The notes below the pieces were generated by a model. It saw only the letters and a list, made by a program, of their open reading frames with translations, made no database searches and had not been told where the DNA came from. The position numbers and the translations under genes were made by a program. Below are positions 19,471 through 33,032 of a DNA stretch of 64,000 bases, piece by piece. The first letter of the stretch is position 1; each line of letters begins with the position of its first letter. This stretch comes from Yuukianura sp. NJ FZ-2021. Its lineage: Eukaryota. Location of the stretch: the NCBI GenBank assembly GCA_046563655.1, contig CM102286.1, forward strand, positions 14,322,001 through 14,386,000, read 5' to 3'.

Positions 19471-21046
19471 ATGGCCAAAAGAGTTTGGGCTCCAAGGTCC
19501 TACTACAGTGCGAATATCATCTTGGCTTTTGGCGGCACCCTTGGATTCCTCCCAGTCAAATGGAACAAGAATTTGAACAGAATGGACCCAATCACTTCCC
19601 GCCTTGAGTTTTCAAGGTGGATCGGAACTGGTCTTTTCATGATGAGTTTGGAGGGAGCCATTTGCATTAGTTACTCCCTCCAATTCCTGATGGCAGACGA
19701 CTACTTGGCTTTTGTCAAACAAGATCTCTTCAGATTCAGCATCGTCGGAATCTCATTCACTGCCGGACTGTTGCATCTCCATACGGCTTGGAAGTTCCGC
19801 CAATTTGCAGCATTCATCAGCCGAGCGGCGGAATTTTACGAATTTTTTCAAAGTAAGGGAACAATTTTTTTGTTCAAGCAGACAAATAAACCCAGTTGTT
19901 CGTTAGTATTAAAAAACTCAGTTTGTTTTCCTACTTCTATGGCAACGTAACTCAAAAAAAGTGGGAGTTTTTCTACTGAGCGATCAGCGAAAAATCGAAC
20001 ATTTTTGCAGAAATCTCATCTCCCAAAACACGAACGTGTTCAAAAAACGAACCGAAAAACTGGACAGACAACCAATCGCCAGATTTTTTTAGTAAGTATT
20101 TTTTTACGTAGGTAAATATGCAACTAAAGCAGAACGTCGTGGATATACAAAGGAAGACACAATCAGTACATACATAAAGATTGGATTTCTGATGTCCGTT
20201 TTCTCAATTGGAATCCTCTTTAGCTTGTCATACCTTCTGGAATGTCGCAAACACATGCTGTACTACATTCTGCCAATTTGCAATTCGGAGTACCCAATGT
20301 ACTTAAGCATTCCGATCAAGATCTTGGGTACATTGGCCCAATTTCAATTTATTGCATTCAACCTGGCCGCTGTGAGTCTCTACGTCGACGTCTTTGCTGC
20401 TTGCGTCATCTTCGGCTTGTACATTGTCCGGGAAATGAGGTAAGTTCGGTCCGTACCGGTTTGAAGCCGAACGGTACCAAACCGGCAAAAATTGTAACAT
20501 TCTTTGAGCTATTTTTACTGAAATCAGAGATGTTTTGGAACTGAATCAAAAGTCTATGACTTTTACGGTTTCAGTGACAGTCCGGGAATGAACCGACGGA
20601 CGAAACGATCTCTGTTCCGACCGCAGAATTGGTTTCATGCGTACCGATGTCTGCAGTTGCTGGTGGGCGAACTGAACGACTGCGTTGGAGAACTGTTCAT
20701 GCCTCTGCATATGCTCGAAATCGTTTTGTTGTCGTCAGTAATCATTGTGTTTCTGATTCGGTATAACTTGGGCCCAATCATCGTGGCGGCAATGGTCATT
20801 ACAATAGTGGGAGTTGGATTTTACTACAAACTGCTCATTGGCCGTGGAGCCAACTTCTGCGCAGCCTCAGAAAGTGCTTTGCAGTGCATGCGTCATAGAC
20901 TGCATACTGCTTACCTACTGCGCATGCACAGATCGTGTACTGCTTTGAAACCGAGTGTTGGTGGCCTGTTTCCGCTAAAGCGGCAAACGGTAGCTACCAT
21001 GTATCAGAGCAGTGTGGACTTCACGTCACAAATTTTACTTCTTTGA
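19471..21046 (+). CDS. Gustatory-receptor-like chemoreceptor, paralog 2
   Basis: Close paralog of 15152-16926; ends FPLKRQTVATMYQSSVDFTSQILLL; GT donor at 20440. Confidence 0.7.
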
Positions 21047-21872
21047 AAAAATAGCAAATCGACTAATGTCGATTTAAAAAAAAACAGCAAGCGAGAAACT
21101 TTAGATCGAAAAATTTATGTATTTTGCTGCACATTCCAAATGTAATAATAGGCACGTTCAGAATTTTGAAAAATATTTCTTCATTATGCTTCACTTTTCG
21201 ACAAAAAATTTAGTAAAAAAAAACTTAAAAGTCAGCATAAATAAAATTGAACCAGGATGTGTAAGAGTTGCATGAAAAGTTCAATATATTTATCTATTGA
21301 ACTTTAATATGTTTTTAAAAAAATATTTTACCTATATGAACATAATTTTTGATTCAAAATGTCAATCTTTGGTTATTCAACAGTGAAATGTCATATACTC
21401 AATTGTTATAGTCAAAAGTCATAACTTTAGCATGTTAAATGCAACTTTTTTGAAATCATTTTCAAAATTTTTTCAAAGTACATTTTTCAACCAACGAGTG
21501 AATTGCGGGCGAATCAAGACATTATAGCATTTCCAACAACTATTATCACCACAATTTTGAATAAAATAGTCTTTGAAAAACACATTTCCAATTCGGAAAT
21601 TTGGGTGGGATTTGCTAAATTTCTAATAATGTCCGACAAGGACGAGGCTCTTTTTTAATTACCATTTACTATTCTCTGCATTAGAAATAAGAAGCCAATG
21701 CCAAATTTTGAAAACCCGGCAATATTAAAGCACAACACACCACAAAAGAAACTCATTCGGCAATTTTTCTGCCTCTTGTCAACTTCGTTTGAACAGTTTT
21801 CATAATTCAATGCTTTTTTTAAATTAAAGTCGATTGTGACAATTTTAGATTAGAATTTAGAACAAGTACAGG

Positions 21873-23547
21873 ATGAGCCAAAAGTTATGGGCTCAAAGGT
21901 CCTACGACAGTGCGAATATGATCCTGACCTTTGGCTACACTCTTGGATTCCTCCCGGTCAAATGGAACAAGGATTTGAACAGAATGGACCCAATCACTTC
22001 CCGCCTTGAGTTTTTACGGTGGATCGGAACTAGTCTGTTCATGATGAGTGTGGAGGGAGCCATTTGCATTAGTTACTCCCTCCAATTTTTCGTAGCAGAC
22101 GACTACTTGGCTTTTATGAAAGAAGATCTCTTCAGACTCATTATCGTCGGAATTTCCTTCACTGCTGGGCTATTGCATCTTCATACGGCTTGGAAGTTCC
22201 GACAATTCTCTGAATTTATCAACCGAGCGGCAGGATTTTACGAATTTTTTCAAAGTTAGTTCCAAATTTTTATTTTATGACACTGATTTAAGGACACACA
22301 AAACTTTGGATTTTTCTTTAGTTATTGCAGAAATTCCATTTGTTTTCATATCCTAACGGTTACATAGAGCCAAAAACGGACGGACAAACAATGTACAGAT
22401 TTTTTTAGTAATGTATTTTTTATTAATTTTAGATAAATATGCTACCAAAGCAGAACGTCGTGGATTCACCAAGGAAGACAAAATCAGTGCAAACATAAAG
22501 ATTGGATTTCTGCTGTGCATTTTTTTAATCGGAAGCCTCTTTAGCGTATCCTATCTTCTGAATTGTCGCAGACACATGCTGTACTACATCCTCCCGATTT
22601 GCAATTCCGAGTATCCGATGTACATGAAAATTCCGATCAAAATTGTGGGAACATTGGCCCAATTTCAATTTATTGCGTTCAACCTGGCCGCTGCGGGTCT
22701 CTACGTTGACCTCTTTGCTGCCGTTGCGCTCATGGGCGTGTACATTGTCCGGGAAATGAGGCAAGTTCGGTTCGTACCGGTTTGAAACCGAACGGTTTCA
22801 AACCGGCAAGATTTTTTTAAAATTTATTAACACAACAGAACTGGATTTGTAATAGATTAATGATGAATTGGCAAAAATTGTTGTAACAATTGTTAGTTTT
22901 TCTGGACTCAGAATTAGGGCTGTTCAAGTTCCGGATCGGATCGGATCCTAATGGAAACGGATCCGGAACTGGAACTGGAACCGTAAAAGTTTCGGATCTG
23001 GAACCAGAACTTGAACAGCCCTACTCAGAATTTTGTAGGAACTAAATTGGAAGTGTATGACTTTTATCGTTTCAGTGGCAGTCCGGGAAAGAACCGACGC
23101 ACGGAACGATCTTTGTTCCGACCGAAGAATTGGTTTCATGCGTTCCGATGCCTGCAGTTGATAGTGAGCGAACTGAATGATTGTGTTGGCGAACTGTTCA
23201 TGCCTCTGCACATGCTCAGCATCGTCGCTTTTTCGTCAGGAAGCGCTGTGTTTCTGATTCGGTATAACTTGGGCCCAACCATCGCTGCAGCCATGGTCGT
23301 CACAATTATCGGAATTGGATTTTACTACAAACTGCTGATTGGGCGCGGAGCCAAGTTCTGTGCTGCCTCAGAAAGTGCTTTGCAGCACATTCGCCATGAA
23401 CTTCATACTGCTTATCTACGGCGTATGCACAGAGCATGTACTGCTTTGAAACCGAATGTTGGGGGACTGTTTCCGCTAAAGCGGCAAACAGTTGCTACCA
23501 TGTATCAAAGCAGTGTGGACTTGACGTCACAAATTCTACTTCTTTGA
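21873..23547 (+). CDS. Gustatory-receptor-like chemoreceptor, paralog 3
   Basis: Close paralog of paralog 2; ends QTVATMYQSSVDLTSQILLL; GC donor at 22761. Confidence 0.7.
22915..23023. mobile_element. hAT-type MITE in an intron of GR paralog 3
   Basis: 17-bp perfect TIR tagggctgttcaagttc/gaacttgaacagcccta with a perfect 8-bp TSD ctcagaat on both sides. Confidence 0.9.
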
Positions 23548-23572
23548 AAAAAAAATACCAATTGAACTTTGT

Positions 23573-23749
23573 CAGTGTTGCCTGTATATCTTCTATTTTG
23601 ACGTTTTGTCCAGTGGATACTCACTCAGTAGATAATATATTCCATCAGGTTTTATCCAGAAGAAATGGCTGGATAAAATGGATACTTGTGGATACTTCCG
23701 CTTACTTTTATGTAGGTGGGAGAAATATTTTATCCATCCAGCAACACTG
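23573..23749. mobile_element. hAT-type MITE (CAGTGTTG ends)
   Basis: TIR cagtgttgc/gcaacactg and perfect 8-bp TSD aactttgt; a degenerate inverted copy lies at about 8585-8755. Confidence 0.85.
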
Positions 23750-24635
23750 AACTTTGTCGACTTGCAAAAACAAAGAAACAAGCGAGAGAAACCTTCGACC
23801 GAATTTGTCAACTTTGAATTTATGTATTTTGCCTTACATTTTTTCACATCTTTTACTTTCAACTTTTACTTCTTTGAAAGAAAAATTAACAGATGAACTT
23901 TGTCGATTTGCAAAAAAAAAAAGCAAGGTAGAAGATTCGATCGAATTTGACAACTTCGGAAAATTTAATAAGTTTTCCTAAACATTTTACATTTACTTAC
24001 TTTTGAAAATTTTTTGCCATTATGCTTCACATTTCGGCAATAAATGTTTCCAATTTAAAAAAAACACACACATAAAATGTCAACACAAATAAAATTGCAA
24101 CAAAAAATATTTTTCGTTGCGCTAAAAGTTTAATTGTCATTCATAACCTTCAGAGGTCATGTACTTTTTGTGGTTGATTAAAAATTACAAACGTCAATTT
24201 TAGTATCTCCTGAGATATTTTTCAAGAAATACACGAAATGAGAAAAAAAAATCACTTAGCCAAACGCAAATGACTGATTCAATTTTGGGGAATTCCAGGT
24301 TAGTTTGAAATCAGATTTCTTAAAAATTTGAGGTGAATGGCGTCCCGCCGAAAAACAAACTTGTTTTGAAATTGGGAATTTTCCTGTAACCACAAAACCA
24401 AAAGTCAATATTTGAGATAGGTTATAACTACATTTTAAAAGAACAGCAAAAGACAGCAAGGTTCAACTTTTATAAGTTGTAAACAAAATATAAAAACAAA
24501 AGATCATCGATATAGAAAGTGCGGTTGGTTACCAAAACTGGTTTTGACCTTCAGTTAACCTTACACTTACCTCAAGACTTAAAAAAAAATCAGTTCTACA
24601 TTCGTAATTTTGAAAACAATTTTCAATTCACAAAC

Positions 24636-26946
24636 ATGCCTTTAGCGTTGATAATATTTTTTGGAGTTACTGTTTTCCTATGGACGTTTAACAAATTTTC
24701 ACGTCCAAAAAACTATCCACCAGGTGAATAGCATTTGGATTAAAAAAATCGAAAACCTATTTGTGAACTTTTCATGCTATATTTTTAGGACCATTTTTGT
24801 TTCCAATTGTTGGAGCTTTGCCGCAATTGGGAATTGGAGGATTCCACGAAAGTTTGACCAAATGGGGAAATCAGTACGGAAATATTTTTAGTTTCAGTGT
24901 GGGTCCATTGAGGTAAGATTTTTATTAAATTGGTTATTTATTTATATATTTAATTATGTATTGTAATATATTATTATTGCATTTCATGTAGCACGGTTGT
25001 TATTAATGATTATGAGTCCATCAAAGAGGCTTGTCTTATGGAAGAATTTAGTGGACGACCGTTTCACCCGCAACTGCATGCAATTTCGGGAAATACACAA
25101 CGAGGTTTACATTGTTTTGCTTAGCCTGAGGTCAAAGGTCACGCACAAAAATATTTTTTTTTTATTTTTTAAAGGACTTATTGCCAACGAGGGACCTCAG
25201 TGGGAAGCACAACGACGTTTTGCGTTGCGCCATTTACGAGATTTTGGGTTTGGTAAACGATCGCTTGAAGCAGCAACGCAGGAAGATATTGTTGACTTGA
25301 TTGCCAAATTCAAAAAAGAGGCGGGGCAACCGATTTCAACTGGACTCAGATTCAACCAGTCAGTCATCAGCGCCCTCTGGCAAATCATCGCTGGACAGCG
25401 ATATGACCTCGATGACCCCGAGTTTGTACATGTCATCGAAAAGTTACAAGCGTAAGGACATGATCACCACCAAGGTTGTTATAGCAACAATAGATTTCCT
25501 TTAGTAAGTTGGGCAATACTATTGTTCAACCGTTTCTCGAAATAAATTGTGGGACTAGTCACCCAAATTTCTTATAATTAAAAAAAATTTTTTGACACTA
25601 GTTTCGTTTCCAAGTTCGAAAAAACTGTAAACCCGAAGTGGGTTCGAACAATTTTTTTTTGCCAATTTTCAAGTGAGCACAAATCAATTATAAAAACTTG
25701 TATACCCGGCTAGTGTTCGATGCTACCTAGACTTAACTTTTTTTTTCGTACTTGGAAACGAAACTAGTGTCAAAATTTTGCTTTAATTATAAGAAATGTT
25801 TTGTGACTAGTCTCATAATTTATTTTGAGATATGGTTCACGAACCTTGAATGTATTTTTGTCAACCAGTGCTGTTTTCACAACGAGAGGGATTGGCCCAG
25901 CCTTGCGCTCCGTACAGTGGCTTGTAAAACTGGCGCCAAACTTGATTGGTTGGACAAAATTTAAAGATGCTGCTGATGCTGCCAAAGTATTCATGGATCA
26001 ACAGATTCATCAGCATAAGGAAACTTACCAAGAAGGAAATTTCCGTGACTTCATAGACGTCTACATCAATGAAATGAACCAAACAATCGACTCCAATTCT
26101 ACATTTTTCAAAACTGTTGGCGGTAATACTCAAAATTTAGAATCTAATTTTTAAAACTTTTTTCTTCTCTTTTTTTAGATGAAAACTTACGTGCTTCAGC
26201 TCTGAACTTACTTGCTGCTGGGTCAGAAACTACGAGGTTCAAAATTTAATCTATTCTTTTTACGAAAAGTTTTGAAATTAATTTCGAAAGTTAAAGGTTT
26301 AAAAATTTTCAGCTCAACTTTGACCTGGGCTTTGTTCTACTTGTCCCGACATCCAGAAATTCAGGAAAAAATGCAAAGGGAAATTGATGCTGTCGTTGGA
26401 CGCTCCAGATTGCCGATACTAGCCGATCAAAACTCGTAAAAAACTAACTTAAACAAGCAATTTTCTTTTTAAGAACTGAACATTTTTTGAATTTTTTGGA
26501 ATAGAATGCCGTATGCTACAGCAATCATCATGGAAGTTTTTAGAAAGTCATCTTTGGCGGCCGTTGCTCCGCGCAGTACAATCTCTGAAGTAAAATTTCA
26601 TGGATTTACAATTCCAAAGAACACAACTATCGTAACCAACGCTTATGAAGTGCACAATAACAAAAAAGTGTGGGGCGATCCAGAAGTTTTTAAACCAGAA
26701 AGATTTTTGACCTCTGATGGAAAAAGTGTGGTCAAAGGTCATCCACCTCTCATTCCGTTTGGAATCGGACGAAGGCAGTGTGTCGGAGAAACTTTGGCAA
26801 GAAACAATGTTTTTTTGTTTCTCGTGAGTATTTTTCAAACGTTCGACATCAAGTACGCTTCAGATTCTTCCGAAGAACCTAAAATACTTGGAGGAGTTCT
26901 TCGATTCCCGCCAGAATTCAAAGTCATTTTAGAAGAACGACGATAA
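24636..26946 (+). CDS. Cytochrome P450, CYP2 clan, cluster copy 1
   Basis: RPKNYPPGP, WEAQRRFALRHLRDFGFGK, AGSETTS (I-helix), EVFR, FKPERF, FGIGRRQCVGE (heme Cys). Confidence 0.95.
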
Positions 26947-27687
26947 ATATTAAAAACCTGTTTTTAAACTTCAAAATTGTTTAGTGTTTAGCAAATTATT
27001 TTAATCAAGTCAAAGTAAATTCTTAAGAAACAAGGTTTGTCAATTGTTTTCTTCAAAGTTCGACAAATTATGATTTTATCGGGGTACTTAAAATTCAAAT
27101 TGTTTATGCAGAGTCAAGGTTCCTTCCTAATTTCAGATCCACTTTTTCCGGCATTTTTTCTTTATACTTTTTTTTCACTATGAGAATATTTCTTATGTTT
27201 GAAGCAAGATTTTTGGAAATCCTGCGTTATTGGACAGCCTCCTGCGTTGTAGGAATTACAATTTGGTAGTCAAGAAACCTTGAATTACTATTTTTATTCA
27301 TTCAAGTGAAATTCGTAAATAACAAGTTTCGAATTTTTTTTCTTGTAATTTCGACGAATTAGATTTACGTAGTGGTGGTATAAAAAATTTATGTGGGTGA
27401 AAAAATAGAAGCAGTTTAACAAGGAACTACAAAGTTAAATTAAGCATAAAGCTATATAGTTAAATCCAAAAAGATGCAAATCGCAAGGTTAATTTTAAGT
27501 GGGAAGAAAACATTAAAAGCAAACATTGCATTGCATAGAATTGAATCGGGAAAGGTCAGTTGGTTACCAACAGTCTTTTTACTTTCAGTTGATATTGTAC
27601 AGTAGACTGGTTTATAGTAAAATACTGTGGACAAAAAAAATCAAAATTTTGAAATTTTTTATTCTTCAAATTTATTTGCTGCTTAAA

Positions 27688-29695
27688 ATGGTAATCGCGT
27701 TGGTCTTATTTTTTGGAATAACTGTCCTCTTTTGGATTTTTAGTAAGTTTTCACGTCCAAAAAATTATCCACCAGGTAAATAGTCTTTTTCAAAAAAAGT
27801 GAAATTAAAAACGTAAAATTTTTAATGTATTTTTTATGTTATATTTTTAGGACCATTTTTGTTTCCGATTGTGGGAGCACTGCCGCAGTTAGGATTTGGA
27901 GGATTTTTAGAAAGTTTGGAAAAATGGAAAAATCAGTACGGAAATATTTTCAGTTTAAAAATTGGTTCAACGAGGTACAAAATCTGAATTTATATATTTA
28001 TTAATTAATTATATTATTCATTAATGTGTAATTATTCCTTAGGGTTGTTGTTCTGAATGACTATGATGTCATCAAAGAAGCATTTGCGTTGGATGTATTT
28101 GCCGGAAGACCTTCAAATCCTCAATTTCGAGAAATTGGGGGTGTCCAACGCAGAGGTGAAAAAAAAAGTTTAGTAAAATTTTGAAATTTTTTTTTTCTTG
28201 AAAAATTGTGATGTTGATTTGTTTTTAGGAATTACGGCTTCGGACGGTCCGAATTGGGAATCTCTAAGACGTTTCGCTCTACGTCAACTACGAGAATTCG
28301 GATATGGAAAAAAATCTTTAGAAATGGAAACGCAACAAGACATTGCTGACCTCATGGCCAAATTCAAAGAGGTCAAAGGTCAACCGGTTTCAACTCAATT
28401 CAGTTTCAACATGTCAGTGGTCAGCGCCCTTTGGCGAATGGTCAGTGGCCAGCGATATGACATCGATGACCCTGCGTTTCAACACATTATGGAAAAATTG
28501 GCAATGTATCGTTGACTAAAACTGAAATTTTGAAAGTTTCGTTTTTTGAAGTTTTTAAAAAATTTAGTGCTGTCAATACGGCAACTGGAAGTCGAACAGC
28601 CTCTTTGTCTTCGATGGAGTGGCTCATAAAATTGGCGCCTAATTGGACAGGTTGGTCGGCATTTCAAAATGGAGTTGCAGAGGCAAAGGAGTTCGTTGGA
28701 GAACAAATTGATGAGCACAAAAAATCACATCAAGAAGGAAGTCCACGTGACTTTATGGACGCTTTCATCACTGAAATGAACCAAACTAAAGATCCAAATT
28801 CTTCGTTTTTTCAAAAAGCTGGCTGTAGGTTTCAAAATTTTGAATAAACTGAATTTTGAATATTTGGCTTAAAACTGACAATTTTATTTTACTTTTGTTT
28901 AGATGAAAACTTACAAACAGCCTCACTAAATCTACTCGGCGGTGGTTCAGAAACTACAAGGTTCAAAATTTTGAAACTTTCAAACTAAAATAGTAATTTC
29001 ACAGAAAACAAAATCACCTTAAAATTTCTTGTGTCTCAATTTCAGTTCAACTTTAGGCTGGGCGTTGTTTTTCATAACTCAAAATCACAAAATTCAAAAA
29101 AAGTTGCAAGCTGAAATCGACTTGGTGATTGGTCGCTCAAGGGTGGCAAGCTTAGCTGACCAAAATTTGTAAGATCAAAAAAAAAGTTGAACGATTCTCA
29201 AAATTTAAATTTTCAGAAACTTGTTTTCATTTTTTTTTAAATAGAATGCCATATGCTTCGGCAACAGTTTTGGAAATTTTGAGAAAATCTTCCCTGTTTC
29301 CAACTTCAATTCCACATTGCACGGTTGATGATGTTAAATTTAATGGTTTCTTGATTCCAAAAAATACGACAATCTTGGCCAACCTTTACGATGTGCACCA
29401 CGACAAGAAGATTTGGGGCGACCCGGAAGTTTTTAGACCACAAAGATTTTTGACTTCTGATGAAAAAGCAGTGGTCAAAGGTCATCCACCTCTAGTTCCA
29501 TTTGGAATTGGAAAAAGACAGTGCATCGGAGAAAATTTGGCCAGAAACAACCTGTTTCTGTTCCTCGTCAGTCTTTTTCAAACATTTGACATCACTTTAC
29601 CTTCAAACTCTCCAAAAGAATTCAAAATGCCCAGTGGCATTCTTCGCGTCCCGCCAAAATTCAAGGTCATATTTGAAGAGCGTCAAGAAAAGTGA
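27688..29695 (+). CDS. Cytochrome P450, CYP2 clan, cluster copy 2 (apparently chimeric)
   Basis: GGSETTS, EILR, FRPQRF, FGIGKRQCIGE; exons splice in frame. Confidence 0.95.
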
Positions 29696-30259
29696 AATTC
29701 TGCGAAAGCAAAATTATACGGTCAGTGTAGAAACTCCTTAAACGGGTTTATAGCATCCAAATTTTTTAAACACCAATTTCAGCCTGAGGTCACTTGACGT
29801 ATGTGAAAATTTTTTATTATTTCTTCAATTTTCTTTCAATTTACATTTTTAAAACAAAATTTCAAAATTGTGAGCAAATTATATTAATCGAGTAAATCAA
29901 ATTCGTAAGAATCAAGTTTTGGTTTTTTTTCTCCATATTTTGACGAAATTATACACTTTGGTCGTGCAAAAAAAATTTGCACCGACTAGTGCAAAAGAAT
30001 TGAAACACTTTAACAAAAAATGGTAGGTTAAAATTTGGTTTTAGGCTATAATTAAATCCCAAAAGATACAAAACCCAAGGTCAAATTTAAGTTGGAGAGA
30101 AAACACTAAAAGCAAACATTGCAGAGATTTTAGTCCACTATGGTCAGTTGGTTACAAGCAGTCTGTTTTGACTTTCGATTGACATTGTATCATAGAGCGG
30201 CTTACGCCAAAATATAAAATTTTGGAATTTTTTTCTTCAAATTGATTTCCTGTTTAAAA

Positions 30260-32346
30260 ATGGCAATAGCGTTGGTCCTATTTTTTGGAGTGGTCGTGCT
30301 CCTTTGGATTTTTAATAAATTTTCACGTCCAAAAAATTATCCACCAGGTGAATAGTCTTTTTCAAAAAAAGTGAAATTAAAAACATAAATTTTTTCAAAT
30401 ATTTTTTTGTATTTTTAGGACCATTTTTGTTTCCGATTGTTGGAGCACTGCCGCAGTTAGGAATTGGAGGATTCCAGGAAAGTTTGACCAAATGGAGAAC
30501 TCAATACGGAAATATTTTTAGCTTCAATGTGGGGCCACTGAGGTAATCACGTCTTTAGTGTCAAAATGTACCAAAATGTATTTATATTAATTACATATTT
30601 ATATTATATAATTTACATTTTGTGTAGTATGGTTGTTCTGAATGACTACAATTTGATCAAAGAGGCTTATGCAATGGAGGAATTTACGGGACGACCGTTC
30701 AATGCCCAACTACGCGAAATTGCTGGCGACGGACGACGAGGTAATGAGTAGCAAAGTTAAAATTTGCAAAACTTCGACAACCTAAGACTCAATGCAGTCA
30801 CTAGAGTTATTTTAAGGTCAAGGTCAAAGGTCATCCAAAATTGTGTTTAAGGTCAAGGTCAAAGGTCATCCAAAAGTATGTTTTACATTCAATTTTTAGG
30901 ACTTTTGGCTTCAGAAGGTGTTCAGTGGGAAGCCCAGCGGCGGTTTGCGTTGCGCCATTTACGAGATTTTGGATTTGGTAAGCGATCGATGGAATCAGCA
31001 ACGCAGGAAGATATTGTTGACTTGATTGCCAAATTCAAAAAAGAGGCGGGGCAACCGATTTCAACTGCACTTAGATTCAACCAATCAGTGATCAGCGCCC
31101 TCTGGCAAATCATCACTGGACAGAAATATGACCTCGATGACCCCGAGTTTGGAACAGTCATCAAGAAACTAAAAGCGTAAGAACAAAATTTAAGTTGAGG
31201 TCACGGGGTCAACTTTTAAACTTTTGTTCTGTCCAGAGCAACTTCTACAAACAGAGGAATTGGCCCAGCATTAATGGCAGTACCATGGCTGGTCAAAATG
31301 GCGCCAAACGTGGTTGGTTGGACCAAATTTAAAGATGCTGTTGATACTGCCAAAGCATTCATGGAGCAGCAGATTCACGAACACAAAGAAACTTACCAAG
31401 AAGGAAATTTCCGTGACTTCATAGACGTCTACATCAATGAAATGAATCAAGCAAAAGATTCAACTTCTTCGTTTTTCGGAACCGCTGGCTGTAATTTTCA
31501 AAATTTTGAATCACAATTTTTTTAATACTTTCATTTTTTTGTCATTTCTTCTTGGCTCTTTTTCCACTTTTAGTTGAAAACTTGCGTACTTCATCACTTA
31601 ACCTATTCGCCGCTGGTTCAGAAACTACGAGGTTCGTGACTTGTATATTTCAAATTTTTGGAAAAGGAAGTCAAAAAAATTTTTAATGCAAAATTTTTAA
31701 ATTTTTTAGTTCAACCTTGACATGGGCATTGCTCTACTTGTCTAGAAATCAAGCAATACAGAAACGGTTTCAGGCTGAAATTGACGCTGTGATTGGTCGC
31801 TCAAGATTGCCGAGCTTATCCGACCAAGAATCGTAAGATGCAAAAAAAAATTCAAGAATTTTTTTTTTTAAACTTTTTGAAAAATTGACTTTCTTTCATA
31901 GATTGCCTTACGTTGCTGCAACTATAATGGAAGTTATGCGAAAATCGGCTTTAGTGCCACTTGGAGTTCCACATTCTACAATGTCAGAAGTAAAATTTCA
32001 TGGATTTACGATTCCAAAAAACACGACTATCGTAGCCAACCTCTATGATTTGCATAATGACAAGAAGATTTGGGGAGATCCGGAAGTTTTTAGACCAGAA
32101 AGATTTTTGACCCCTGATGGAAAGTCATTGGTCAAAGGTCATCCACCGCTCATTCCATTTGGAATAGGAAAGAGACAATGCCTAGGTGAAACTTTGGCTA
32201 GAAACAACATTTTCTTGTTTCTCGTGAGTATTTTTCAAACTTTCGACATCAAGCCACATCAAATGACCTTGGAAGAACCAAAAGTCCCTGGAGGAATCGC
32301 TCGCTTTGCACCAGAATTCAAAGTTATTTTTGAAGAAAGACGATAA
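30260..32346 (+). CDS. Cytochrome P450, CYP2 clan, cluster copy 3
   Basis: AGSETTS, EVMR, FRPERF, FGIGKRQCLGE. Confidence 0.95.
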
Positions 32347-33032
32347 AAACTTTGTTAAAATAAATTTTGTTCAAAATTTGATGTTTTTTGTTCTCCTCAA
32401 GTACTGTACATATAGAAATCGCGATTCATGCGAAAAAGTATTTTCCGTAATCTTTGAACTTTTCTTGCTCACTTTTGACTTTGCGTTCACGTGATGCCTG
32501 TTCTGTTCCCAATTCCAATTTTTCCATAAAATTTTTCCTGCTAAAACACTGAACGTCAAAAATTTTGCAGAGTTTGGTTGTTTTGCGTGACTCTGAGTCT
32601 GATGAGTGTTTGTTCTACGCCACTCCACTTTTGTTAAAAACTTAAAAACTCTTTTTTTGTTCATAATTTCGGTCCAAATTTTACAAATCACACCATGCTC
32701 GTCATAAGATTTGATCACAAATGGACTACATGCATGACTTATCGAAACAATAGTTTGATTACTGGTACATGCGGAGTGTAGGATAATGTGAAAACACTTT
32801 AACAAAAATCACAAGGTTAAAATTTAATTCAAAGATACGACCAGTCAGAGTCACATTTTGATTAACACAGTGTATAAAAGTAAAAAGAATTACTGTCGAG
32901 TATATTTCAGTCCGCTAGAATTACAACGGCAAACCCATGTTGAATTTGAACACGAAAGCGTCAATTTGAATTTAGATTTTACAAGTTTCACAAAAAAATT
33001 TTTTTTTTAATTTTTAAACAAGATTTTTAAAA

